From: Bacteroidales bacterium
GTDB lineage: Bacteria > Bacteroidota > Bacteroidia > Bacteroidales > UBA12077
Assembly (NCBI GenBank): GCA_028282585.1
Contig: JANQHR010000093.1
Coordinates: 1-26,339 of the forward strand
Direction: 5' to 3'
DNA: 26,339 bases
The translations under genes were made by a program, and so were the position numbers. The notes under the pieces were generated by a model, which was not told where the DNA came from, searched no databases, and saw only the letters and a list, made by a program, of their open reading frames with translations. Below, piece by piece: positions 1-9,788 of the stretch. The number at the start of each line of letters is the position of its first letter. Positions within the stretch are counted from its first letter, which is position 1.

Positions 1-273
1 GATTTTTTGTGTTTTCGGCACTTTTCGGGGTTTTGTTTTATCTAAAGATACAAATAATTACTTGATATTCAAAATGTTATTTACTTAAGAATGTGCCTAA
101 ATTAATTTAGCGAAATCTTACAAGTTTTTTTAGTAACGGAGGTAAAGGAAATAACCAAAAAACCAGGAAAGATATGAGCTAAACTCAGGAAGTTAAGAAT
201 TAAAAGTGTTATGGGCTGGCTTTTCTATGATTTGTAGTAATTATATCATTTTATCTACTCGCCCAACACCTAT

Positions 274-447
274 CTAACCCGCATCTCCTTTCATCCTAGC
301 TAGAACTAACAATTCACCATTATTTGGTTCAATATCCACTTCAACAATATTCCCTGCTTTGCTTCTAAGGATTTCAAGAATTTCAGTTCTAGAGCTCACT
401 GGAAACCCTTGTGAACTCCCATTTGGATAAAACAAAGTCTTTTCCAT
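274..447 (-). CDS. small hypothetical protein (57 aa), absent from the ORF track
   Basis: ATG at 447 to TAG at 274-276: MEKTLFYPNGSSQGFPVSSRTEILEILRSKAGNIVEVDIEPNNGELLVLARMKGDAG. A-rich Bacteroidota-type leader (TAAACATCAAAAATC-ATG); 48 nt downstream of the OLD gene on the same strand. Confidence 0.5.
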   Translation of the reverse strand: MEKTLFYPNGSSQGFPVSSRTEILEILRSKAGNIVEVDIEPNNGELLVLARMKGDAG

Positions 448-495
448 GATTTTTGATGTTTAGTTTTACTTATAATTAGAAGATTAAAAGTAATT

Positions 496-2223
496 TTAGT
501 TTATTAAGCCATTAATAATTGTTTTTAAATCTTCAATTTTTTCTGATGTTATAAGACCATCTTCAAAGCTTTTCAAAACATTTAGAGGTTTCAAATCACT
601 TCTATTGTCTGGCACATTTGGAATCCCTAAGTAACTTTCAAAATCTTTTTCAAACCCGTGGATTTTTTCTGTTTTCTCCTTGATGAACTGATTAATATAC
701 TTGTGCTGCTTTTTATCCTCATCATAATCCATTAGCACTGAATATGATAATCCAAATCGATTAAGTAGACTAATATATCTATGAATATTGTATTTACCCA
801 TAGCATCAAGACAATATACATGTTTACCTTTTAAATCAATCCAAAGTGTATCAAAGAGATAATCCAAAAAAACCTTTTCAGAAGCACCCTCGCAAATTAT
901 TATATGTTTTGCAAAAAACATTGATGAACGTTCTGAATCTAGCCATATTGAGAATTTCAGCGCTTCTTCAATAAGTTTTATTGCATCATCTTTATCACTA
1001 ATCAATTTCTTTAGCAATGTCCCATCTTCAGGTGGAATCCCATTATCAATTTGTGATTGCAAGTATTGGTTTATTTCAATATTATCTGAGTAGATTGAAG
1101 TTAAAGTAAGACCATCAACTTGATAAAAAATACTTTCACCAGATTTTTTTTCTATCCTTTTAAGTTCTGAAATATTCTCAATGTTTTTGCTGACAAATAC
1201 GGAAGAATGAGATGTGCAAAACACTTGCTGGTCTTCTTTTTTTGCGATCTGTTTCAAACCTATATTCATCAACTCTTGTTGACTTGGATGCAAGAAAGCT
1301 TCTGGTTCTTCAAATAGTATTAATGTAAAATCTGGATAAAATTCTTTTTTGTTTCCAGGTTTTTTACCTTCATCATACTTTGCAGCAAGTTTTATCATAG
1401 TATAAATTAAGTGTCGTTGTAAACCTTGACCAATATTTTTCAAATCGACTCTTTTCTTTCCAATCTGTAAATTATCATCTTCAAGATAATGCTCTATAAG
1501 ATTTTTAATAATTAAATCTGATTTAATTGGATTAATATCAAAACCAAATGAGAATTGCCAATTGTTTAACTCTTCATCAATGTCTCTTTTGAGATTATCC
1601 ATGGAAATGCCCTCGGGTGATTCCTCTGTTTTAAAATCAGTATTAAATCTCTCAAAGGACTTACTCAAATCACCAAATGATTCAGATTTATCAAGAACTT
1701 TTTTGAAAACAAATGAAATAACTTGCCTTAATGGTGATGGTCCAGTAAGTTTAAATGTATCATCTGTCTTAGCAACTTCTGGAATATAAATAACTTTTCC
1801 CAGTTTTGCCTGTGAAATATTTTTTGCCCCATAAAAGTTATTTTCAGAAATAGAACCATCTTTTGCAATGTAAAATATATTACTATTATCTTTATGGAAA
1901 TGATCCTTTGACTTAAAATATCGTCTCACTTTTAAAATGTTGTCATCTCTTTGATATTCTTTCTTTAAATTTTCTTGTTCTTCTTCTGTTGTTAAAAAGA
2001 CTATCTCAACCCAACTATCTGTGTCGGTAGTCTTTGAAAGTTTAGGGGAATCATCTTTATCATTATACTTAAATCCGTCGACTTCATAAAATGCTCGAAT
2101 CACTGAAACTAGATTCGTTTTACCAGAGTTATTCTCACCAACGACTAATGTAAAATCTTTGCAATCAATTGTTTGATGTATAATTGATCGAAAATTATGA
2201 ATTGTAATCTTTTGAATTTTCAT
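496..2223 (-). CDS. OLD-family ATP-dependent endonuclease (ABC/AAA_15 ATPase + TOPRIM)
   Basis: N-terminus MKIQKITIHNFRSI, Walker A GENNSGKT, signature-like GQGLQR, Walker B ILFEEPEAFLHP, H-loop TSHS, TOPRIM ICEGASE and DYD. Start placed at ATG 2223 rather than 2277. Confidence 0.88.
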   Translation of the reverse strand: MKIQKITIHNFRSIIHQTIDCKDFTLVVGENNSGKTNLVSVIRAFYEVDGFKYNDKDDSPKLSKTTDTDSWVEIVFLTTEEEQENLKKEYQRDDNILKVRRYFKSKDHFHKDNSNIFYIAKDGSISENNFYGAKNISQAKLGKVIYIPEVAKTDDTFKLTGPSPLRQVISFVFKKVLDKSESFGDLSKSFERFNTDFKTEESPEGISMDNLKRDIDEELNNWQFSFGFDINPIKSDLIIKNLIEHYLEDDNLQIGKKRVDLKNIGQGLQRHLIYTMIKLAAKYDEGKKPGNKKEFYPDFTLILFEEPEAFLHPSQQELMNIGLKQIAKKEDQQVFCTSHSSVFVSKNIENISELKRIEKKSGESIFYQVDGLTLTSIYSDNIEINQYLQSQIDNGIPPEDGTLLKKLISDKDDAIKLIEEALKFSIWLDSERSSMFFAKHIIICEGASEKVFLDYLFDTLWIDLKGKHVYCLDAMGKYNIHRYISLLNRFGLSYSVLMDYDEDKKQHKYINQFIKEKTEKIHGFEKDFESYLGIPNVPDNRSDLKPLNVLKSFEDGLITSEKIEDLKTIINGLIN

Positions 2224-2306
2224 TGCTTCTATTTTTATCTGGATCGTGTCATTTATGCAAGTAGTTGAGCCCGCCAATTTGGCATATACATTGTTATAGC
2301 TCGGGT

Positions 2307-4307
2307 TTAATTTTTACTATATATTTTAACCATTGGAATGTCCCAGCTTAACCTTAACATCATTCTTATGGAATTTTCTTCAGCAACAATGTTGTCTGTG
2401 GTTATTTCTCTTAGTTCTGGTGTGTATTGTATACCTGCGCCAAGTGTCAGTGGAGAATTTTTAAAAGCCCAGTTTAGAGATATTCCTGGTGAAAATACTT
2501 GTTTAAAAGTAAGTTCTGATGGTAATTGGCTTTTGGAATCATTTAATCTATAGTTAAAAGCAGCTCCAATATCAACAATTGATGCAAAAATACTCCAAGA
2601 TCCTTCTGTTAAATATTTTATAGTCGATTCTGTTACCTTTTTTTTCTTACTTTCTCCTTCTACTTTTGTTTTTTCTGTTTTTTTTGAAATGTATGAAATA
2701 CTACTATTTTCCTTTTTAACGCTCCACATAAATTCAAATCCTATTGGAGTTGTTATCCCTAAATTCATTTTACCTTTATCCCATCTAAAATCCGACAACT
2801 CATTCACCAAATATTCGTTTCCAACAAAAATACCAGGATGTGCACTTATTGTTATATTAAACTTACTTCTCCTCTTGTCCAAATAGGAATACTTCGTTAC
2901 ATTCTTTTGAATCAAAGTTTTAACATCATCAGAATTCTCTGCCTTGACAACGTCAACCATAAAACCACCATACTTGCTAATGCCTTGCGTAATCTTTAAA
3001 ACCTCAACATTTGAAGAACCACATGCAAGTAATACTTTTTCTGTTATGTAAAGGCTATTTGTTACAACATATCCATAATTTTTAGAATAAATCGACTCGT
3101 ATAAATCAAGTGTCTTTTGCATGAATTCTATAGGATCTATCTCTACTTCATTATCTTCTTTTGTTTTAAAACTAATTGAATTTGATAGGTTATTACCCGT
3201 TTTTTTGTCAGCATATTTCACCAATTCAAAGGTATTATCCATGATAGTGATATAATCATCAGCAACCAAAGTCTCTTTTGACTGATAGTTTTCAATGGTA
3301 TTCAAAATACCTATAATTGGATATACAGTTTTATTAAAGAAATCTGCTGCATTATCAGAATTAACACTCAATACATTAGTAAAATAACTCGTGTCTTCAT
3401 GAAAAATAAGTGCTGCAAATAACTCTATTTCTTTTGATTCGTCTAGCTCTTTCAGATTAGAAACTTTAAGCCATACATTTTTAAATTGAGAATAAAAATC
3501 CTCGCTTGTACTTATTTTTTGAAGATTATTTTGAATGATATTGATTCCATGAATAATGTTGTAATAATTGTAGAATCCATCATTTTTATCAGTTGTTTCA
3601 TATTTTTTTTCTAAATAAGCTAATAAATCAATAGGATGGTCTCCTTTAATTAATCTATTAGACAATGAAAAAGAAAAGTTAAATGGATAATATAGTTTAG
3701 CTTCTTCTAATTTCTTCTTTAATTCTTTGTTATCTAAAATATATTGATTTAGATTGAATAAAATATTTTGGATGTCTTCCTCAAATGCTTCCTTAAAATC
3801 ATTTCCAAGTGATGAGTAATTAAAAAAATCGGCATCCTTTAAAAAAGAGTAGGTTTTGGGATATAATATTTGTAATTCGGGTACAGAATCTAATTTTTGT
3901 TTAAACTTATTTATATATAAGATAGTCGCTTCTTCCTTAAAACGTTCAGCAAGAAACTTTGCCGTCCCATCAATAATTGCTGATTGTGATGTTGTTGATA
4001 TAAAAGTAAACCCGTTTGGTGATCCTTGACTTAAATGTTTATTCCCTGATGCTTGAATAATTTTACCATCTTCGGTTATTCTTACACTGGCATCAATAAC
4101 ATCCAATAGACTATCAATCTTTGCAGTATTGTATTGACTATTAAATGGATTTTCATAAAAACCTTTTATAAATTCAGAAGTGCTATCAATTTCGTTATAA
4201 TAATAATTAATCTTAATTGCGTTATAAAAAGCTTTTTGAGAGAAGGATACTGTTTGAAAACAGGTAAAAACAATTACCAGAAATAATAATTTTTTAGGTT
4301 TTCTCAT
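2307..4307 (-). CDS. secreted/outer-membrane hypothetical protein (666 aa), helical N-terminal region and beta-rich C-terminus
   Basis: Signal peptide MRKPKKLLFLVIVFTCFQTVSFS-Q; long helical middle; C-terminal alternating strands (GITTPIGFEF, WSIFASIVDIG, PGISLNW, LTLGAGIQYTP, LRLSWDIP). Confidence 0.75.
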   Translation of the reverse strand: MRKPKKLLFLVIVFTCFQTVSFSQKAFYNAIKINYYYNEIDSTSEFIKGFYENPFNSQYNTAKIDSLLDVIDASVRITEDGKIIQASGNKHLSQGSPNGFTFISTTSQSAIIDGTAKFLAERFKEEATILYINKFKQKLDSVPELQILYPKTYSFLKDADFFNYSSLGNDFKEAFEEDIQNILFNLNQYILDNKELKKKLEEAKLYYPFNFSFSLSNRLIKGDHPIDLLAYLEKKYETTDKNDGFYNYYNIIHGINIIQNNLQKISTSEDFYSQFKNVWLKVSNLKELDESKEIELFAALIFHEDTSYFTNVLSVNSDNAADFFNKTVYPIIGILNTIENYQSKETLVADDYITIMDNTFELVKYADKKTGNNLSNSISFKTKEDNEVEIDPIEFMQKTLDLYESIYSKNYGYVVTNSLYITEKVLLACGSSNVEVLKITQGISKYGGFMVDVVKAENSDDVKTLIQKNVTKYSYLDKRRSKFNITISAHPGIFVGNEYLVNELSDFRWDKGKMNLGITTPIGFEFMWSVKKENSSISYISKKTEKTKVEGESKKKKVTESTIKYLTEGSWSIFASIVDIGAAFNYRLNDSKSQLPSELTFKQVFSPGISLNWAFKNSPLTLGAGIQYTPELREITTDNIVAEENSIRMMLRLSWDIPMVKIYSKN

Positions 4308-4318
4308 GATACGATATT

Positions 4319-5233
4319 TTAAATGATTGAAATTTGGAGTTTTTCGAATATGTCGGGTAAATGTTGGGCAAAAGCAAATTCAAGATAAGCTTTATAGGAA
4401 GAGTTTTCGCCCGCAATATGAAGGCCAATTCCCTCATTTGTATTATTATCGAACCAAACCGCACCGGAGTCTCCACTATTTGAAATCTCAACTATTTCAC
4501 GGTCTTGCCCGTCAAGGGGTACTAATCTAAATCCTGAAATTTCTTTACGTTGTGAATGCGACCTTTGTAAAAAAGTGCCAATACCGTCCACTAAAGCGTC
4601 AGTCAAACCTGTTGTTCTCCCAGATTTAGTTAGAATATCACCTACTCTAACCGCTCTTAGAGCTTTAATAGTATTACCGGTTTCAAATTGTTCCAGTTTA
4701 TATGACCTTCTACCATTTAGACTTGCTATGGCTGCATCTCCATTATTATCAAATCGAAGAATATTTGCAAAACCATGATATTTTGGATGACCTCTATCTA
4801 TTCCTCGCCCCGGTTGTGTTACAATAGCTCCAACAGAACCTTTAATTACATGACCTGCTGTAAGAATACAAGGCTTTGATGAATTAAGTTTATCAAAGCA
4901 GATTAATCCTAAGGTACCAGAATTTGAATATCCGATACTTATACCAGGCTGAATTACCTTTCTGAATTTAATACGCTGTGAATTAACTGGTAAAATTCTA
5001 TTCGTATTTTGTCGTCCATAATTCTTATAATCTATAAACTGAAAAAGCTCATTTTTAATTGGTTCTTCTATTTTTTGTTCAGAATGTATTCTAATGCAAA
5101 GTTCTTCTAATCTTTTCTTATCCTTATATTTACAACCTATATCTACAAGAAAGACATTAGTATTATTTTTATATTGATTTAATGCTATATTATAAGCATT
5201 GATTAAATCATCTGAAAATCCAAATTCTTTCAT
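4319..5233 (-). CDS. trypsin-like (S1, Nal1-like) serine protease without signal peptide
   Basis: His motif ILTAGHV, Asp in GDAAIA, KSGRTTGLT, Ser motif GDSGA, GLHIAG. N-terminal VDIGCKYK...LCIRIH resembles the Nal1-type N-domain. Confidence 0.85.
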   Translation of the reverse strand: MKEFGFSDDLINAYNIALNQYKNNTNVFLVDIGCKYKDKKRLEELCIRIHSEQKIEEPIKNELFQFIDYKNYGRQNTNRILPVNSQRIKFRKVIQPGISIGYSNSGTLGLICFDKLNSSKPCILTAGHVIKGSVGAIVTQPGRGIDRGHPKYHGFANILRFDNNGDAAIASLNGRRSYKLEQFETGNTIKALRAVRVGDILTKSGRTTGLTDALVDGIGTFLQRSHSQRKEISGFRLVPLDGQDREIVEISNSGDSGAVWFDNNTNEGIGLHIAGENSSYKAYLEFAFAQHLPDIFEKLQISII

Positions 5234-5237
5234 GATT

Positions 5238-6230
5238 CTAAGTAATTATAAGTTCAGCTTCACTTAAAACTAGTTGTAAATTAGCAGTACTAATATTATC
5301 ATTAATATGAATTTCACCTTGATAAAAATATCTAGTCGTATTTATCACTAACTCTGCTTCAATAAGGTAAATTCCTATTGGAATATCAGTAAATTGAAAG
5401 CAACCATCATTTTGTGGATTTATAACTTTAATGAAGTCAGATGTAGTTGAGATTAATCTTACTACAGCAAATTCAATATTATTTTTAAACTCCTCTTCTC
5501 TAATATTTTCAATAGATAGTTTACCTTCAATTTTGTTTGTATCATTTTCAACTTCTTCATTGCCGCTTTCAAGCGATTCATTTCCAGTTGGAAGTATTAA
5601 GTCTTTAACTTTACCTAAAAGGATTATAGCTCGTCGTGTGAAGAAGCCAAGAATAAATGAAAGGATTATTGTTCCTTTCCCTATTGATTCAAAAGACACA
5701 GCTCCGTTATTAATTAGGGCATCAATTGAAAAATAAATAATTAAAGATAGAAATGGTGTATAAAAGAACTTTCCAATATGCTCATAAACTCTTGTCTTAT
5801 CAAATTTTTGTGCCCGGGTTACGCTGTATAATAAGTTAGCAAGTAAACCAAATAATGACCAGAATATGACTTCCAGATATACTTTAGCAGATGCTAGCCA
5901 AAAATATGACTTAACATAAAATGTATAAGTAGGTAAAATTGATGGTAGATGTTTGATGCCATATTTTTCCACAATATTTTTACGGATATCGTTTTTATCT
6001 AATTCAAGTAAATCACTTAAATATTCAATAATTAGTGTACTACTTCTAATACTATCGTTTTGCTCATTAATAATAATTGAGTTAACTGTATTTAATTGAT
6101 TCTTATCAAGTAATATTTCTCTTTCTCCATTAATTTTATAATGAGAAACTAAATATGTAATTGACAGTACTAGAACAATTGATGATGTAATTAGTAACCA
6201 TACTGATTTCGGTTTAAGTTTAGTTTTCAT
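5238..6230 (-). CDS. 4-TM membrane protein with C-terminal carboxypeptidase-regulatory/Ig-like beta-sandwich
   Basis: Hydrophobic segments VWLLITSSIVLVLSITYLV, VIFWSLFGLLANLLY, FFYTPFLSLIIYFSI, IILSFILGFF; C-terminal DGCFQFTDIPIGIYLIEAE. ATG at 6230 preferred over GTG at 6254. Confidence 0.72.
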   Translation of the reverse strand: MKTKLKPKSVWLLITSSIVLVLSITYLVSHYKINGEREILLDKNQLNTVNSIIINEQNDSIRSSTLIIEYLSDLLELDKNDIRKNIVEKYGIKHLPSILPTYTFYVKSYFWLASAKVYLEVIFWSLFGLLANLLYSVTRAQKFDKTRVYEHIGKFFYTPFLSLIIYFSIDALINNGAVSFESIGKGTIILSFILGFFTRRAIILLGKVKDLILPTGNESLESGNEEVENDTNKIEGKLSIENIREEEFKNNIEFAVVRLISTTSDFIKVINPQNDGCFQFTDIPIGIYLIEAELVINTTRYFYQGEIHINDNISTANLQLVLSEAELIIT

Positions 6231-6796
6231 GCTTTGGATTATTAGGGGTATCACTATTTTTTCATTCGGGTTTTTAATAAAATATCAAACACAGTTAAAA
6301 TGTACAGTTTTTCTTCCATAATGGTATGTAAATACACACTTTTTGAGTTATTGTTAAAATTGATGAACAAGAACCTTACTAAAGGTTTTATGACAAAATA
6401 GGATTTTATAGATTAACACATTTCCTAAAAAAACGATTAGGAATAGAGATAATAATATTTTGAAGTTTTGAACCATTACAATACTACATTTACTCTCCCT
6501 TTCGTATTCGCAATAGTTCTGTATTTGTGCTAGATGATTAAAATTACGAAATAATTACTTAAGAATCAAATTCTTGGATTAAGTATTGTCACTTTTATAT
6601 ACCACAATGCCATTTATGAGTATCTAAAGAATCTTTACTACTAATGGAGTAAATTCCATGTAAAATCCTAAAAATATACAAAATTTCTCTTAGTGAGTTT
6701 TTTGATGATTTTAATTAAGCTAAAGCTTATCAATCTATTTTAAAATTTTTTAAGCAGATTTCTAAAGACTATCTCTCTTTTATTCGGTTTGGATTG

Positions 6797-6904
6797 TGCA
6801 TTAAAATTAGAGTAAACCTAAAATGTGATGTAAAAATCCATTAAATTATTTGGTGATCCATTGTTGATGCATTAAATTTAGGGTGAATTATAACATAATG
6901 TGCA
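6797..6904. promoter_or_regulatory. putative res site / resolvase-binding repeats
   Basis: TGCATTAAAATTAG (6797-6810) and TGCATTAAATTTAG (6868-6881), with imperfect inverted partners, lie immediately upstream of the resolvase ATG. Confidence 0.4.
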
Positions 6905-6910
6905 ATTGCT

Positions 6911-7558
6911 ATGGAAATTATAAAAACTGTAATATATGTTCGAGTATCGACAAAAGACCAAGACTACAAAAGACAGATTGATAACTTAAAAAGTAAAGCA
7001 GAACAAAAAGGCTGGGATTGTAAAAGGGTGTTTAGTGAAAAGCTATCAGGAACAATAAAAGCAGATAAAAGAAGTGATTATAATAAGATGCTTAAATATG
7101 TAAAAGATAACAGTATTGATGTTGTAATGTTCTCGGAAGTATCTAGAATTGGTCGTAGGGTTATTGATGTTTTAAATATAGTTGATGAGCTCCATAAAGC
7201 TAAATTAAACATTTATATACAACAGTTTGATATGCTGAGCATTGTAGGTGGGAAAGAAAACTATATTTTCAAAATGATGCTTCAAATGTTATCTATCGGC
7301 TCTGAAATGGAGAATGATATGAGAAAAGAACGTCAAAGACAAGGCATTGAAATAGCAAAGGCAAAAGGTATCTATAAAGGACGTGTTGAGGGCTCAAAAC
7401 AAACTGCTGAAATGACTTTAAAAAAATATAGTGACATTGTTGATTGGATTGAAAACAGTTCTCTTTCTCTAACTAAAATAGCTAAAAAACTGGGTTATTC
7501 TCAAAATACGGTATTAAAGGTAAATAGAATATTAAAAAGTGTACATGCTAAGGTATAA
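6911..7558 (+). CDS. serine recombinase, resolvase/invertase family
   Basis: YVRVSTKDQ catalytic motif, EKLSG, SEVSRIGR, ERQRQGIEIAKAKGIYKGR, C-terminal HTH (SLTKIAKKLGYSQNTV). Confidence 0.93.
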   Translation: MEIIKTVIYVRVSTKDQDYKRQIDNLKSKAEQKGWDCKRVFSEKLSGTIKADKRSDYNKMLKYVKDNSIDVVMFSEVSRIGRRVIDVLNIVDELHKAKLNIYIQQFDMLSIVGGKENYIFKMMLQMLSIGSEMENDMRKERQRQGIEIAKAKGIYKGRVEGSKQTAEMTLKKYSDIVDWIENSSLSLTKIAKKLGYSQNTVLKVNRILKSVHAKV

Positions 7559-7661
7559 ATCTGATTAAGAATACTTATGCACAACATCATAAATCAAAAA
7601 TAAATAATATGATAGAAGATGTATTTTTAAATTAACAAAACCATATAAAACACAACAAAAC

Positions 7662-8630
7662 ATGACTGAAAAAGAACTAGAAAATATCATTCACAAAAGT
7701 CCTTGGTTACTTAACGATAGGTTTGTTGTCTCAAATATTGTAGGCAGCAATGGTAAAAAGGGGCGTCAAATTAACATTGGTAATAATAATGGTCGTTTTA
7801 TTGACCTACTTTTTAAAGATATAAGCGACAATAGACCTGTTTTAATAGAATTGAAGAAAGGAAAGTTAAATAGAGATAGCTTATCGCAGATTGTTGAATA
7901 TAGAAGTCTGGTACTATCCCTAAACGATGAATTAAAAAATCAATGGAAAAATGAGTTCGGAGATCATTACCATGCTCCAAAATTAATGCTTATAGGGGAT
8001 GGCATCGATAAAGACACTTTGCTATCTGCTAGTTTACTAGGGATTGAAATAAAAACATTTAACGTTGGTTCTAAGGGGCTTAATAATGATGCTTTAAAAA
8101 AAGTTGAAATTAAGTATAAAGAATTAATTAAATTTAGAAAAACAGGTAATAGAACGTTATCAGATCGCCCAGAATGGATTCAAGCTATTATTGAAAGGAC
8201 AAATGAAGTAGTAAATGAATTTGATGGAGTAACTTCCATTGATACAGCCCATCAGGCTCCAAGTGGTTCAAAAGGTTATTTCCCTCAAACAAATCCATAC
8301 ATAAATTTACCAATTAATTATAAAGATTATAAGATATTAGGATTTTATGAGTATTATGAGTATGTACAGCCCTATGATGACCGATTCATTTATTGTGATT
8401 TTAGAAATGTTTTATATAATAATAAACTTAGCGAAGAACTTTTAAAAAATATTGATAAGCGTATTAATTCACTTGGTCATAAAAGAACTAAAATTGATGA
8501 TTATGTGGTACAGCCGATTTTAATACCTCGTACAAAGCTTGAAGATGAAACTGAGTACAGAAAGATGTTAAAATCACTTATTAAAACAGCTATTGAGATT
8601 TATCATTTGGTAAACACAGATGAAAAATAA
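7662..8630 (+). CDS. NucS/EndoMS-like PD-(D/E)XK nuclease domain protein with unknown C-terminal domain
   Basis: EKELENII...GRQI...RFIDLLFKD...VLIELKKG...SQIVEY is the NucS-C / restriction-like pattern. Confidence 0.7.
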   Translation: MTEKELENIIHKSPWLLNDRFVVSNIVGSNGKKGRQINIGNNNGRFIDLLFKDISDNRPVLIELKKGKLNRDSLSQIVEYRSLVLSLNDELKNQWKNEFGDHYHAPKLMLIGDGIDKDTLLSASLLGIEIKTFNVGSKGLNNDALKKVEIKYKELIKFRKTGNRTLSDRPEWIQAIIERTNEVVNEFDGVTSIDTAHQAPSGSKGYFPQTNPYINLPINYKDYKILGFYEYYEYVQPYDDRFIYCDFRNVLYNNKLSEELLKNIDKRINSLGHKRTKIDDYVVQPILIPRTKLEDETEYRKMLKSLIKTAIEIYHLVNTDEK

Positions 8631-8716
8631 GGCAGCGATAAAAAAAATAGTATTTGGAGTAATTTTAATATCTGTTGAGATGTTAATGGTGAAAAACAGG
8701 TAAATAGATTTAATAT

Positions 8717-9745
8717 ATGAATTATCCTATAACAATTCTTTCAAAAGAAAAACCAACTAGCCTACCTACTAAAATAGATGAGCATGTAAAATCGGGGGAA
8801 AAAGAACACGTTCTCATAAGTGAATTAAAAAACAATTTTGATTGCGATAAAATACTTTTCGAATACGAAGTGAATTTTGGTAGATATAAGAAACCTCAGC
8901 CTGACATAGTCTATTGGGATAAAGCTAGTGATATTTTAATTGACATTGAAGTTGATGAACCATATAATAAAGAGGAGAAACCAATACATTATTTAGATTT
9001 ATATAAAGATAATGAACGAAATTGGACTTTTCAAGATAATGGATGGTCTGTTGTTCGTTTTTCAGAATACCAGGTAGTAAAGCATACTAAAGCTTGCATT
9101 GCATTCTTAAAAGATGTTATCAATTCAATAAGGAATAAACTTGATTTTAAAGCCATTGAAACAAAATATCCAGATAATTTTATACATAAACATTGGAATT
9201 TAAAAGAAACTGAAATTTTAATAAAAAACGATATTCGCAACAAGTATGGATTTAAAATAGGAACTATTATAAATGAAGGTACGTTTATTAGAAGAAGAAT
9301 TATTAATAATTTTGGTATTTTTAGTAATGAAATTTTAAAAGAATCGGGAATTTTCCCAAAGGATTATGATAGGATGATATGTTTAATAAACAATATTAGC
9401 GACATTCTTATAGACGAAGAAACATACCGAGAATATATCTTTATAGAATTACGCTTTTTTGAGCTCCCAAATGTAAAGGATAGAGAACGACACAACGGTA
9501 TTAGACCATATAGGGTTAGCCGTTCAGAAGATATACAGCTTTTTAATTCTTTAATAACGATTAAAGAAAATGGGAAAAGGTTTGTATATAAAGATAGTGA
9601 TAAAGGTTTATATAACCTTTTTTTATTAGCAAATGAAAAGGAATATGATGAACAATGCTATAAGTTAAAATTACAGCCACCATACCCAATTAAATCAGAT
9701 AAAGTTTTATATGTAAGAGAATATTTTACTATAGGATTAGTATAA
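8717..9745 (+). CDS. DUF559/Vsr-like endonuclease domain protein
   Basis: PDIVY...IDIEVDEPY...PIHY...DNERNWTFQDNGWSVVRFSEYQV; C-terminal half not recognised. Confidence 0.7.
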   Translation: MNYPITILSKEKPTSLPTKIDEHVKSGEKEHVLISELKNNFDCDKILFEYEVNFGRYKKPQPDIVYWDKASDILIDIEVDEPYNKEEKPIHYLDLYKDNERNWTFQDNGWSVVRFSEYQVVKHTKACIAFLKDVINSIRNKLDFKAIETKYPDNFIHKHWNLKETEILIKNDIRNKYGFKIGTIINEGTFIRRRIINNFGIFSNEILKESGIFPKDYDRMICLINNISDILIDEETYREYIFIELRFFELPNVKDRERHNGIRPYRVSRSEDIQLFNSLITIKENGKRFVYKDSDKGLYNLFLLANEKEYDEQCYKLKLQPPYPIKSDKVLYVREYFTIGLV

Positions 9746-9788
9746 AAAAACTTGCACAATATATTATGAATAGATTACCTTCAAAGTT

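Noticed and set aside
496-2223. Calling the OLD gene Gabija, PARIS or a retron system
   Set aside because: No UvrD helicase, separate AriB-like nuclease or reverse transcriptase is adjacent in the window.
2224-2277. N-terminal extension of the OLD ORF in the ORF track
   Set aside because: It runs through the intergenic repeat remnant; the family-typical start is MKIQKITIHNFRS at 2223.
6356-6476. Hydrophobic minus-strand ORF of about 40 aa (MVQNFKILLSLFLIVFLG...)
   Set aside because: Short, with hydrophobicity expected from T-rich DNA; no supporting signal.
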